The translations under genes and the position numbers were made by a program. From Hyphomicrobiales bacterium (GTDB taxonomy: Bacteria > Pseudomonadota > Alphaproteobacteria > Rhizobiales > JAJFHC01), in NCBI GenBank assembly GCA_965275905.1, contig CBDHYJ010000078.1, positions 10,908 through 74,907 on the forward strand: a stretch of 64,000 nucleotides of DNA. The letters are read 5' to 3'. Below the pieces are notes generated by a model. It was not told the origin of the DNA. It saw nothing but the letters and a program-made list of their open reading frames with translations, and did not search any database. This document shows positions 47,688 through 57,040 of this stretch, piece after piece; position 1 is the first letter of the stretch, and each line of letters starts with the position of its first letter.

Positions 47688-48587
47688 ATGACCATGCACG
47701 ACCGGTTCATCCCGTTTCACCAGATTGCGGCGTTCGAGGCGGCGGCTCGCCACAAGAGCTTCTCGCGCTCTGCGCAGGAACTGAACGTTCAGCAGCCCGC
47801 CGTCAGCCGTCAGGTGGCCCAGCTCGAGGCCGCGCTCGGGACCAAACTGTTCCGCCGCACCAAGCCCAGTCTCACGCTGACGGCAGATGGCGAAGTGCTG
47901 CTTCGGGCGGTGTCGGGCGGCTTCGAAGCGATCCGAACGGGCATGGCCACGGTGCGGTCGCGGCCGGACAACGACACCATCGTCGTCAATGCGGCCATCG
48001 GCTTTACAAGCCTGTTCCTCCTGCCGCGCCTTGGTGAATTCCAGAGCCTGCATCCGCAGGTCCGGCTCGAAGTCGTCACCCGCGACCAGAATCCGGACTT
48101 CGACCCCGCACGCTGCGACATTGCCATCGTGTTCGGAGATGCCGGTACGCCCGGTACGGAATCCCGGCTGATTTTTGGCGAAGAGATGGTGCCGATCTGC
48201 CGGCCCGGCTATCTGGACGGCGACCGGCCGCTTGAGCGCACGGCTCTGGCGGAGGAGCGCCTGCTGCACCTCTCAAGTGACGACCACGCCGGCGATTGGG
48301 AGCGTTATCTCGCGGGCAGTGGAGTGGAGCCGCAGCAGCCCGCGCCGCTCGACCGGATCTTCAGCTACATGGTCTACCTGCGGGCGATCCAGAACGGCAA
48401 CGGCATCGGGATAGGATGGCGCCACATGATCGAGGACATGCTCGAAGCCGGCAGTCTTGCGATTGCCTGCCAACACCGGGTGGTCACCGGACGCGGCTAT
48501 CACTGTTGCGTCATGCGCCACGCCGCGGGGCGGCCCGGCGCGCACGTCTTTCTCGACTGGATTTCCGGCTTGTGCCGAGAGCGCTAG
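47688..48587 (+). CDS. LysR-family transcriptional regulator
   Basis: HTH FSRSAQELNVQQPAVSRQVAQLE. It is divergent from the dehydrogenase operon. Confidence 0.88.
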   Translation: MTMHDRFIPFHQIAAFEAAARHKSFSRSAQELNVQQPAVSRQVAQLEAALGTKLFRRTKPSLTLTADGEVLLRAVSGGFEAIRTGMATVRSRPDNDTIVVNAAIGFTSLFLLPRLGEFQSLHPQVRLEVVTRDQNPDFDPARCDIAIVFGDAGTPGTESRLIFGEEMVPICRPGYLDGDRPLERTALAEERLLHLSSDDHAGDWERYLAGSGVEPQQPAPLDRIFSYMVYLRAIQNGNGIGIGWRHMIEDMLEAGSLAIACQHRVVTGRGYHCCVMRHAAGRPGAHVFLDWISGLCRER

Positions 48588-48594
48588 GTTCGGG

Positions 48595-49362
48595 TCACTT
48601 CTCCCGGACCATCTCCCAGGTGGGGTCGGTTTCCACAACCGAAGCCGTGCTGGCGTGCAGGTGCTCCACAAGGCCGGGCTCAAGCTTGAGCCGTGCGGCA
48701 AGCATGGCCAGGTAGCCGCGTTCGGCCGCGCCATCCGGATCGATGACAAGCAGGGAAGCGGCGTAGATCTCGGCAGCCTGTTCTGGCGTGCGGGCAGCGT
48801 CCGCCACCTCGCCGACATTCAGAGGCTTGGACAGCTCGTCATTGATGAAAGCCCGGTCGTCGCCGCTCAGTTCGAGTGCGCCGAGCTGTTCGGCGATCCG
48901 TCCGCGCTCCTCGTCGGTGACATGTCCATCGGCCTTGGCGGCAGCGATCATGGCGCGGATGAGGGCCCGGCTCAGATTTTCAGCCTCGGCCTCGTTGTCG
49001 GGCACGAACGGCGTTTCCGCGGGCGCCTGCAGCCTTTCGGGCTGGGGTGCCGGCGCCGCCGGAGCAGGGGCCTTGTTGGCCTGCCAGTCGTTCCACGCCT
49101 TGTAGGCCAGGCCGCCGACAAGTGCTATTCCGCCGACCTTCAATGCAGACTTGGCAATCTTGCGCGGTTTCTTGCCACCCAGAAGAAGTCCGGCCAGACC
49201 GCCGGCGATTGCACCGGTGGCGAGGCCGCCCTTGCCGCTGAGCATGCTGTCGAGACTGAATCCCGAACCCTGGCCGCGGCCGGACTGTCCTCCGCCCTGG
49301 CCGGACGATTGTCCGAGAAACTGGTCAAGTAGGGCTTTCGCATCCTGCATCGCTGTACTCAA
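48595..49362 (-). CDS. DUF533 / TerB-like (YebE-type) inner-membrane protein
   Basis: Gly-rich N-region, TM helix IAGGLAGLLLGG...VGGIALVGGLAY, and a C-terminal TerB-like domain (MIAAAKADGHVTDEERGRI...EIYAASLLVIDPD). Confidence 0.75.
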   Translation of the reverse strand: MSTAMQDAKALLDQFLGQSSGQGGGQSGRGQGSGFSLDSMLSGKGGLATGAIAGGLAGLLLGGKKPRKIAKSALKVGGIALVGGLAYKAWNDWQANKAPAPAAPAPQPERLQAPAETPFVPDNEAEAENLSRALIRAMIAAAKADGHVTDEERGRIAEQLGALELSGDDRAFINDELSKPLNVGEVADAARTPEQAAEIYAASLLVIDPDGAAERGYLAMLAARLKLEPGLVEHLHASTASVVETDPTWEMVREK

Positions 49363-49691
49363 TCCTTATTGCTGTGCGCCACGCGCAATCCATTCACTCT
49401 GTTTCAGAAGGTGGGGGCTTCCGGGCGGATCGCAAGAGGGCGCCCGGGCAGAAATTGACAGAAATTTTCTATCAAAAGAGGCGGCGAGCTTATGATGCCT
49501 TGATCGGTTTCGAGGCCAGGCCGCCGCCGATGTCCATGATCAGCATGGTTTCCGCCAAAAGCGGAGGATCATTGCCCCGCGTCTCGATAACGGGGGCCTT
49601 CGCGGATGATCCTGCCCTTACACAAACGCCACATGGATGGTAACCCATTACACCATTCGGGAAGCCATGAAGCGGATAAGGAAAAGCCGGA

Positions 49692-50474
49692 ATGCAGTAT
49701 GAAGACATCCTCTACGACGTGACCGACGGGGTGGCGCGGATCACGATCAACCGCCCGGACAAGATGAACGCCTTCCGGGGTGCCACCTGCGAGGAACTGC
49801 TCGACGCCCTGACAAAGGCCGCCTGGGACAAGAGCATCGGCGTGATCGTGCTGGCCGGTGCCGGCGAGCGCGCGTTCTGCACTGGCGGCGACCAGTCGGC
49901 GCATGAGGGCGGCTATGACGGTCGCGGTACGATCGGGCTACCGATCGAGGAACTGCACACCGCGATCCGCGACGCGCCCAAACCGGTAATCGCGCGGGTG
50001 CAGGGCTACGCCATAGGTGGCGGCAACGTGCTGTGCACGATCTGCGACTTCACGATCGCCTCCGACAAGGCGGTCTTCGGGCAGGTGGGTCCCAAGGTGG
50101 GCTCGGTCGATCCGGGTTACGGGACGGCCTTTCTGGCCCGTGTCGTCGGCGAGAAGAAGGCGCGCGAGATGTGGTACCTGTGCCGCCGCTACCCGGCCGA
50201 GGAAGCGCTCGCGATGGGCCTCGTCAACACGGTCGTGCCTCATGACGAGCTCGACGCTGAAATCGACAGGTGGTGCGCGGAGATCATGGAACGCAGTCCG
50301 ACGGCCATCGCCATTGCCAAACGGTCCTTCAACATGGACACGGACCACATCCACGGCATCGCCGGCATGGGCATGCAGGCGCTCAGTCTCTATTACGAAA
50401 CCGAGGAGTCCAAGGAAGGGGTCAACGCTTTCCTCGAAAAGCGCAAGCCCGAGTTCCGCAAATTCGTGCGCTGA
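49692..50474 (+). CDS. enoyl-CoA hydratase/isomerase (crotonase) family protein, MenB-like
   Basis: ITINRPDKMNAF, FCTGGDQ, VQGYAIGGGNVL, SKEGVNAFLEKRKPEF. Confidence 0.88.
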   Translation: MQYEDILYDVTDGVARITINRPDKMNAFRGATCEELLDALTKAAWDKSIGVIVLAGAGERAFCTGGDQSAHEGGYDGRGTIGLPIEELHTAIRDAPKPVIARVQGYAIGGGNVLCTICDFTIASDKAVFGQVGPKVGSVDPGYGTAFLARVVGEKKAREMWYLCRRYPAEEALAMGLVNTVVPHDELDAEIDRWCAEIMERSPTAIAIAKRSFNMDTDHIHGIAGMGMQALSLYYETEESKEGVNAFLEKRKPEFRKFVR

Positions 50475-50622
50475 GCCGAGCCGGTATTCGTGAAAACCGG
50501 GCCTGAATCCGGCCCTTCAGCGGAATTGAATTGATCGCCCGGAAAAAATTTGATCAAATGATAAAAAAATAGACTGCATTCGCGCAGAGCGGGGCGGGGT
50601 GAATTGCTGAGGGAGATACGCC

Positions 50623-51972
50623 ATGAGTACAGATGGCAGGCCTGCCGGCATTGCTGCAGGCCGACTGAGCAGCGAACAGTACACGGAAAACTTCTCCGAC
50701 CTGCATCCGCCGCTGAGCACGCACGAGGCCTTCGTCGAGTCCGACCGGTGTTATTTCTGCTACGACGCGCCCTGCGTTACGGCCTGTCCGACGGGCATCG
50801 ACATCCCTTTGTTCATCCGCCAGATCCTTGCCGACAACCCGTCCGGCGCGGGCAAGACCATCTTCGACGAGAACATTCTGGGCGGCATGTGCGCCCGGGC
50901 CTGTCCGACCGAAACGCTGTGCGAGCAGGCCTGCGTCCGCAACACGGGCGAGGACCGTCCGGTGAAAATCGGTGAGCTTCAGCGCTTCGCCACCGACCAC
51001 AAGATGGACGCCGGAGATCACCCTTACGAGCGCGCCATGGCGACCGGCAAAAGCGTCGCCGTTGTCGGCGCGGGGCCGGCGGGGCTGGCCTGTGCGCACA
51101 GGCTGGCGCGCTACGGACATGACGTGACCATTTACGAGGCGCGTGAAAAGGCGGGTGGCCTCAACGAATTCGGTATCGCCACATATAAAACGGCCGATCA
51201 ATTCGCCGAGCGTGAAGTGGACTTCGTTCTCGGTATTGGCGGTATCACCGTCGAGACGGGGAAGGCGTTGGGCAAGGATTATTCGCTCGCCGATCTGCGT
51301 CAAGGATATGACGCCGTTTTCCTGGGCATGGGGCTCGCCGGGGTCAACGCACTGAAGCTGGACGGCGAGGACATGGACGGCGTTTATGATGCCATAGAAT
51401 TCATCGCCGATCTGCGCCAGGCCGACGACTTTGCCAGAGTGCCGGTGGGCCGCAAGGTTGTTGTGATCGGCGGCGGCATGACGGCGATCGACGCGGCGGT
51501 GCAGTCAAAACTGCTCGGCGCGGAGGATGTGACGATTGCCTATCGTCGTGGCCAGGATGCCATGAACGCGAGCACGTTCGAGCAGGATCTGGCACAGACC
51601 CGGGGCGTCAGCATCAAGCATTTTGTCCAGCCGGCCCGGATTCTGGGTGACGGCGCGGTGACAGGCATCGAACTCGAATACACACGGCTGGACGGCCGCT
51701 CTTTGAGCGGCACGGGCGAGACCTTTACGCTGGAAGCGGATATGGTTCTGAAAGCGATCGGGCAGTCCTTCGACGAGGATCCGCTGGAGGACGACGGCGA
51801 TGCGCCTGCTCTCGAGCGCGGCCGCATCAAGGTCGATGCGGAGCGCAGGACATCGCTTGCCGGTGTCTGGGCGGGAGGCGACTGCGTCTCGGACGGCGAA
51901 GACCTGACGGTCGTCGCGGTGCAGGACGGCAAGGTCGCCGCGGAATCGATCCACGCAATGCTCGCCGGATGA
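50623..51972 (+). CDS. preT: NAD-dependent dihydropyrimidine dehydrogenase subunit PreT
   Basis: N-terminal Fe-S cysteine clusters (CYFCYDAPCVTACP, CARACPTETLCEQAC) and Rossmann folds (VAVVGAGPAGLACA, VVVIGGGMTAIDAA). Directly upstream of preA. Confidence 0.88.
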   Translation: MSTDGRPAGIAAGRLSSEQYTENFSDLHPPLSTHEAFVESDRCYFCYDAPCVTACPTGIDIPLFIRQILADNPSGAGKTIFDENILGGMCARACPTETLCEQACVRNTGEDRPVKIGELQRFATDHKMDAGDHPYERAMATGKSVAVVGAGPAGLACAHRLARYGHDVTIYEAREKAGGLNEFGIATYKTADQFAEREVDFVLGIGGITVETGKALGKDYSLADLRQGYDAVFLGMGLAGVNALKLDGEDMDGVYDAIEFIADLRQADDFARVPVGRKVVVIGGGMTAIDAAVQSKLLGAEDVTIAYRRGQDAMNASTFEQDLAQTRGVSIKHFVQPARILGDGAVTGIELEYTRLDGRSLSGTGETFTLEADMVLKAIGQSFDEDPLEDDGDAPALERGRIKVDAERRTSLAGVWAGGDCVSDGEDLTVVAVQDGKVAAESIHAMLAG

Positions 51973-51984
51973 GAGGAATACGCC

Positions 51985-53295
51985 ATGGCTGACATCCGCA
52001 ATGACTTCATCGGCATCAAGTCTCCCAACCCGTTCTGGCTGGCCTCGGCACCGCCGACCGACAAGGAATACAACGTCGTGCGTGCCTTCAAGGCCGGCTG
52101 GGGCGGCGTGGTCTGGAAGACGCTGGGCGAGGATCCGCCGATCGTCAATGTGAGCGGTCCGCGCTACGGCGCGGTGCACGCTGGCGACCGACGGCTGATC
52201 GGCCTGAACAATATCGAGCTGATCACTGACCGCCCGCTTGAGGTAAACCTGCAGGAGATCAAGCAGGTCAAGCGCGACTGGCCGGACCGGGCCATGGTTG
52301 TCTCGCTCATGGTGCCCTGCGAGGAACAGAACTGGGTCAGCATCCTCAAGAAGGTTGAGGACACGGGCGCCGACGGGGTCGAACTCAATTTCGGCTGTCC
52401 CCACGGCATGTCCGAACGCGGCATGGGGTCGGCCGTAGGCCAGGTGCCGGACTATATCGAAATGGTGGCGCGCTGGTGCAAGGCCAACACGCGTATGCCC
52501 GTTATCGTGAAGCTCACGCCCAACATCACGGACATACGCTATCCGGCGCGCGCGGCTCTCGCCGGTGGAGCGGATGCGGTTTCGCTGATCAACACGGTCA
52601 GTTCCATCGTCAGCGTCGATCTCGACACCATGTCGCCCGAACCGTCGATTGACGGCAAGGGATCACACGGCGGTTATTGCGGGCCGGCGGTCAAACCCAT
52701 CGCGCTCAACATGGTGGCCGAGATCGCGCGCGATCCGGAAACGCATGGTCTGCCCATCTCGGGCATCGGCGGGATCACCACATGGCGCGACGCGGCGGAG
52801 TTCATGGCCCTTGGCGCGGGCAACGTCCAGGTGTGCACGGCCGCCATGGTCTACGGCTTCAAGATCATCGACGAACTTGTGAGCGGGCTTGAGAACTGGA
52901 TGGACGAGGCGGGTTATGACCGGCTCGACCAGTTCACGGGCATGGCCACGCCCAACGTGACGGACTGGCAGTATCTCAACCTGAACCATGTGGTGAAGGC
53001 GCGGATCGATCAGGAAAGCTGCATCAAGTGCGGGCGCTGCCACATCGTATGCGAGGACACGTCACACCAGGCCATCACGTCGATGGTCAATGGCGAACGG
53101 CACTTCGAGGTGATCGACGAGGAATGCGTCGGTTGCAATCTCTGTGTCAGCGTGTGCCCGGTCGAGAACTGCATCACCATGGAGACCCTGACCGACGGCG
53201 TCGATCCACGCACGAAGCAGCCGATCAGCGACGATTACGGCAACTGGACGACACACCGGAACAATCCGGCGCGGGTGACCGAGGCCGCCGAGTAG
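51985..53295 (+). CDS. preA: NAD-dependent dihydropyrimidine dehydrogenase subunit PreA
   Basis: Dihydroorotate-dehydrogenase-like barrel (GADGVELNFGCPHGM, VKLTPNITD, GGITTWRDA) plus two C-terminal 4Fe-4S motifs (CIKCGRCHIVC, CVGCNLCVSVCP). Confidence 0.9.
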   Translation: MADIRNDFIGIKSPNPFWLASAPPTDKEYNVVRAFKAGWGGVVWKTLGEDPPIVNVSGPRYGAVHAGDRRLIGLNNIELITDRPLEVNLQEIKQVKRDWPDRAMVVSLMVPCEEQNWVSILKKVEDTGADGVELNFGCPHGMSERGMGSAVGQVPDYIEMVARWCKANTRMPVIVKLTPNITDIRYPARAALAGGADAVSLINTVSSIVSVDLDTMSPEPSIDGKGSHGGYCGPAVKPIALNMVAEIARDPETHGLPISGIGGITTWRDAAEFMALGAGNVQVCTAAMVYGFKIIDELVSGLENWMDEAGYDRLDQFTGMATPNVTDWQYLNLNHVVKARIDQESCIKCGRCHIVCEDTSHQAITSMVNGERHFEVIDEECVGCNLCVSVCPVENCITMETLTDGVDPRTKQPISDDYGNWTTHRNNPARVTEAAE

Positions 53296-54206
53296 TGGCA
53301 GCCGGCGCCGGGGCTGCGGCGGGGCACCGCCCGCTCTGGCGCGCCCATGTGGCGATGTTCGCCTTCGCCTTCCTGATCAGCACGTCTTTCACGGTCGGAC
53401 AGGCGATCACGGATGCCGTCGACCCGGCGGCGCTGACCTTTCTACGCTTTCTCATGGCGCTTTCGATCTTCGCCGCGCTGCTGAAGGCTGGCGGCGAGGG
53501 CTTCGGTCTTCCGGGCGGCCGGGACATGCTGCGGTACGGCTGGCTGGCGCTTCTGGTGGTCACCTACTTCGTCGCCATGTTCGAGGCGCTGCGCTGGACC
53601 GATGCGCTCAGCACGGGTGCCGTGTTCACCCTGACGCCGCTTATCACTGCCGTCATGTCCCGCATCTTTCTCGGCCAGCGCCTGACGGCGGGCGAGGGGA
53701 TTGCGCTCATCGTTGCGGGCGCGGGTGCGCTCTGGGTGATGTTCGGCGGCGACATCGAAAAGCTTGCCCGGTTCGCCATCGGCAAGGGCGAGCTGATCTT
53801 CCTGTTCGGCGCGACCGCCTATGCAGCCTATTCGCCGTCGGTACGAAAGCTCAATGCCGGCGAGCCGCTGGCGCGGCTCACCTTCTGGACCCTGGCTGCG
53901 GGCTGTGTCCTGCTCGCGGTCTACGGCTGGCGTCCGATCACGCAGACCGACTGGGCGTCGGTTCCCTGGCCGGTCTATCTCGGCATCGCCCATCTTGCGG
54001 TGTTCACGACCGCGATCTCGTTTTACCTGATCCAGTACGCCAGCCTCGACCTGCCGTCGGCCAAGGTAATGGCCTACACCTACCTCATTCCCGCATTCGT
54101 GCTCGCCCAGACGCTCATCCTCGGCGCGCCGTGGCCGGGAGCCAGCGTGATCGCAGGCGTCGCCGTCATCGCTGCCGCGATGGTGTTGTTGCAGCGCGCG
54201 GCCTAG
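53295..54206 (+). CDS. DMT-superfamily (EamA-like) transporter
   Basis: In-frame tail of ORF 53028..54206. GTG 53295 overlaps the preA stop; an alternative start is ATG 53355. About ten hydrophobic helices with the two-EamA-repeat layout. Confidence 0.75.
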   Translation: MAAGAGAAAGHRPLWRAHVAMFAFAFLISTSFTVGQAITDAVDPAALTFLRFLMALSIFAALLKAGGEGFGLPGGRDMLRYGWLALLVVTYFVAMFEALRWTDALSTGAVFTLTPLITAVMSRIFLGQRLTAGEGIALIVAGAGALWVMFGGDIEKLARFAIGKGELIFLFGATAYAAYSPSVRKLNAGEPLARLTFWTLAAGCVLLAVYGWRPITQTDWASVPWPVYLGIAHLAVFTTAISFYLIQYASLDLPSAKVMAYTYLIPAFVLAQTLILGAPWPGASVIAGVAVIAAAMVLLQRAA

Positions 54207-54571
54207 CTCTCGAACGTCCGCTTCCGGTCCTGCCAGAGCTCCAAAAGGGCGAGGATCACCACCGCGCTGCCGAGCACGACATGCCAGTTGCGCAGCGCGC
54301 CGCCGTAGTTGAGGACGAACGGCGAGGCGATCACCCATGCGCCGCAAAGCAGTTCCGCCACTTCTTCCCACCGGCGCAGCCACATCATTTCCTGGAATGC
54401 CAGCATCGCGATGAGTATGCCGGCGAGGCCGGTATTGATCGCGATAGCGGTGTTGTCGCCAACGCCGATGATGATCGGGGACAGCACGATCAGCACGCCG
54501 CAGGCGGCCGAGAAGACGTCCTCCCAGCGGCGGTGCTCGCTGAGCCAGTTTCGTTTTGCCGAAGTTGCCAT
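54203..54571 (-). CDS. SPW-repeat-like small membrane protein
   Basis: ORF 54203..54676 trimmed to MATSAKRNW (GGAGGA 6 nt upstream). It has two repeats, RRWEDVFSAACGVLIVLSPIIIG and RRWEEVAELLCGAWVIASPFVLNYG. Confidence 0.6.
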   Translation of the reverse strand: MATSAKRNWLSEHRRWEDVFSAACGVLIVLSPIIIGVGDNTAIAINTGLAGILIAMLAFQEMMWLRRWEEVAELLCGAWVIASPFVLNYGGALRNWHVVLGSAVVILALLELWQDRKRTFES

Positions 54572-54754
54572 GACAACTCCTCCTGTCTGGTTACGGGGCA
54601 AGCGCAACCGGAACGCCCATGAGGAGTGTCTGACGTATCCAACCATCCCGCAGACGGGCGTTGGTACGCTTTGCATGGATTATATCCGCAATCCGATGCA
54701 ATGCAAAGTTGTGTTGATTTCAGAATTGCTCGCAAAAAGAGAGGTCCGGACGAG

Positions 54755-55363
54755 TCAGGTATGCGACCAGTCGTCAGGGTCCTCCGAGTTGCCCGGCGAA
54801 AGACCGAGGATATCGCCGTCCGTCGCGCAGCCCAGGCCGAGGACCGTGCGGTTGGCGTAGGCGAAATAGGCGCTGAGCTGGTTGATCTCCAGAATCTCGC
54901 CGTCATCGAACCCGGTGGCTCTGAGGTCTTCAACGGACTGCTCTGTCAGCGCGGAGGGGTTCTCTGTCAGGATCCGCGCATAGCGCAGCGCCGCTTTCTC
55001 GCGGTCGTTGAACGGCCCGGCGTCGATGTCGCCGCTGTCGAGGGCGGCTCTGATGGCTTCCGCCTTCGCATCGTCATTCAGAAGGCGCACCAGTCCCTCA
55101 TAGTGGTGGTCCACGCAATAGGTGCAGCGGTTGAGGATGCTGACCCAGACGCCCAGCGTCTCCAAAAACCACTTGGGGACGCGGTTGCCGGAGTGATGCA
55201 GCACGTATTTGTAGAGCGCCATGTGCCCTTCCATGGTGTGCGGGCGCAGGCTGTGCATCATCATGATGTTGTCGACGTTGTTGTCCGGTCCCTTGATCCG
55301 GTCATAGAGCGTCTTGAGACGGCCTTCCGCCTCGTCATAGGGCACGGTGCGTATCCAGGTCAT
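54755..55363 (-). CDS. carboxymuconolactone decarboxylase/AhpD-like (peroxidase-related) protein
   Basis: MTWIRTVPYDEAEGRLKTLYDRI...SILNRCTYCVDHH (CxxC). Confidence 0.8.
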   Translation of the reverse strand: MTWIRTVPYDEAEGRLKTLYDRIKGPDNNVDNIMMMHSLRPHTMEGHMALYKYVLHHSGNRVPKWFLETLGVWVSILNRCTYCVDHHYEGLVRLLNDDAKAEAIRAALDSGDIDAGPFNDREKAALRYARILTENPSALTEQSVEDLRATGFDDGEILEINQLSAYFAYANRTVLGLGCATDGDILGLSPGNSEDPDDWSHT

Positions 55364-55403
55364 CTGTGGTCCTCGTCACTCAACTGTTGAACCGGTGAGG
55401 CGT

Positions 55404-57038
55404 TCATGAACGCGAATAGCCGTACAGGCGCCGGGCTTCGTCCTCCGAAACATAACCGTTGCGGATGTCGTCCTCGATCAGGTGTTTCGGGCGTTCCGCC
55501 GGGTCGCCGTAGCCGCCGCCGCCCGGAAGCTCGATCGTGACCACGGTATCGGGTTTCAGCGTGCGCGTGATCTTGGGCTCCAGCGGCTCGTCATTGTTGA
55601 CCCGCAGGATGCCCGCCGCACCGTCTCTGCCGCCGGCGAGGCCGGGGGCGGGGTGGCGCACCCGCTCGTACAGGCCGGAGAAAAGATAGGGCTGATCCGT
55701 CAGAACCTCGATGTCGAGGCTCTGGCCGAGCCCGCCGCGATGGGTGCCGGCACCGGCGGAGTCGTCGCGCAACTCGCGTCGGTGGATATAGAGCGGTGCC
55801 ACGGTTTCCATGACCTCGACCGGCACACCGGCGATGCCGCTCGGGAAAGCGGTGGCCGACAGGCCGTCCCGGTTGGCCATGGCCCCCGCGCCGCCTGAAG
55901 CAAACCATGTGAAGGAGAAGTGCTTGCCGGTCTTGCCGTCGACACCGGCGATGTGCGTGTCCCAGAGGCCGTCGAAGCCGGGCGCGATCACCTTGTCCGG
56001 CAGCACGCCTGCAAGCGCGCCCATGACGGCTGAAGGGAGAAAATGCCCGACCAGATGCCGCCCGCCGATGGCGGCCGGATAGACCGCATTCAGGAGACAG
56101 CCTTCCGGCGCATTGACCGTCACCGGGCGGAAGCTGCCTTCGTTGTTGGGAACGTCCGGTGAGATGGCGCACTTGACGCCATAGGTGGTGTAGGCGCGGG
56201 TGTAGTTGAGGCAGACATTGATGCCGTATGCGGAAGGCCCTGACGTGCCGTCGAAATCGACGGTCAGGTGATCGCCCTCGACGATGACCCTGGCGGCGAT
56301 CTCGATAGGGTCATCGAAGCCGTCGATGACGATGTCATAGGAATGCTCGCCGTCATCGAGGGCTGCGATCCGGTCACGCATCGCGCGTTCGGAGCGGTCG
56401 ACGATCTCGTCGGACAGGTTCTCGATGTCGTCGAGGTCGAACTCGTCGATGAAGCGCAGCAACTGGCGGGCGCCGACCTCGTTGCCGATGACCTGGGAGT
56501 GCAGGTCGCCCATGACCTCTTCGGGCGTGCGCACATTGGCGGCGATCATGTCGAAGATCGGCTCGACCATCTCGCCCGCCTCGTAGAGCTTCATGACGGG
56601 CAGGAAGATGCCTTCCTCGTAGACCGACCGGGAATCGGCGGAGAGACCGCGCCCGCCAATGTCGAGCGCATGACAGCAGTTGGCGAAGAACGCGATGCAG
56701 CGGTCGCCCTTGAACACCGGCGTGGCGATGGTGATGTCGTTGAGCTGGGATGCGGTCTTCCACGGGTCGTTGGTGATCAGCACGTCGCCGGGCTTGAGAC
56801 TGTCGACCGGATACTTGTCCAGGAAATGGATCATGCCGGTCGCCATGGAGTTGATGTGACCGGGCGTTCCGGTCACGGCCTGGGCGATCATCCGGCCGCG
56901 CCGGTCGAACACGCCGGCGGAAAGGTCGCCGGCCTCGCGTACGATCGAGGTGAAGGACGAGCGCATGAGCGCGGCGGCCTGTTCGTTGACCGTCGCGATC
57001 AGCCGGTTCCAGAGAATATCGAGCGTGACCTGGTCCAT
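55404..57038 (-). CDS. hyuB: hydantoinase B/oxoprolinase family protein
   Basis: ORF 55404..57089 trimmed to ATG 57038 (AGGAGAAGGG upstream, 2 nt after the hyuA stop). DQVTLDILWNRLIATVNEQA, GDLSAGVFD, ITNDPW. Confidence 0.88.
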   Translation of the reverse strand: MDQVTLDILWNRLIATVNEQAAALMRSSFTSIVREAGDLSAGVFDRRGRMIAQAVTGTPGHINSMATGMIHFLDKYPVDSLKPGDVLITNDPWKTASQLNDITIATPVFKGDRCIAFFANCCHALDIGGRGLSADSRSVYEEGIFLPVMKLYEAGEMVEPIFDMIAANVRTPEEVMGDLHSQVIGNEVGARQLLRFIDEFDLDDIENLSDEIVDRSERAMRDRIAALDDGEHSYDIVIDGFDDPIEIAARVIVEGDHLTVDFDGTSGPSAYGINVCLNYTRAYTTYGVKCAISPDVPNNEGSFRPVTVNAPEGCLLNAVYPAAIGGRHLVGHFLPSAVMGALAGVLPDKVIAPGFDGLWDTHIAGVDGKTGKHFSFTWFASGGAGAMANRDGLSATAFPSGIAGVPVEVMETVAPLYIHRRELRDDSAGAGTHRGGLGQSLDIEVLTDQPYLFSGLYERVRHPAPGLAGGRDGAAGILRVNNDEPLEPKITRTLKPDTVVTIELPGGGGYGDPAERPKHLIEDDIRNGYVSEDEARRLYGYSRS

Positions 57039-57040
57039 GT

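Noticed and set aside
31264-49362. Possible functional link between the TerY-like vWA gene and the TerB-like DUF533 gene (both tellurite-resistance-associated families)
   Set aside because: They are about 17 kb apart, in different transcription units, with many unrelated genes between them. No other ter genes (terZABCDE) are present.
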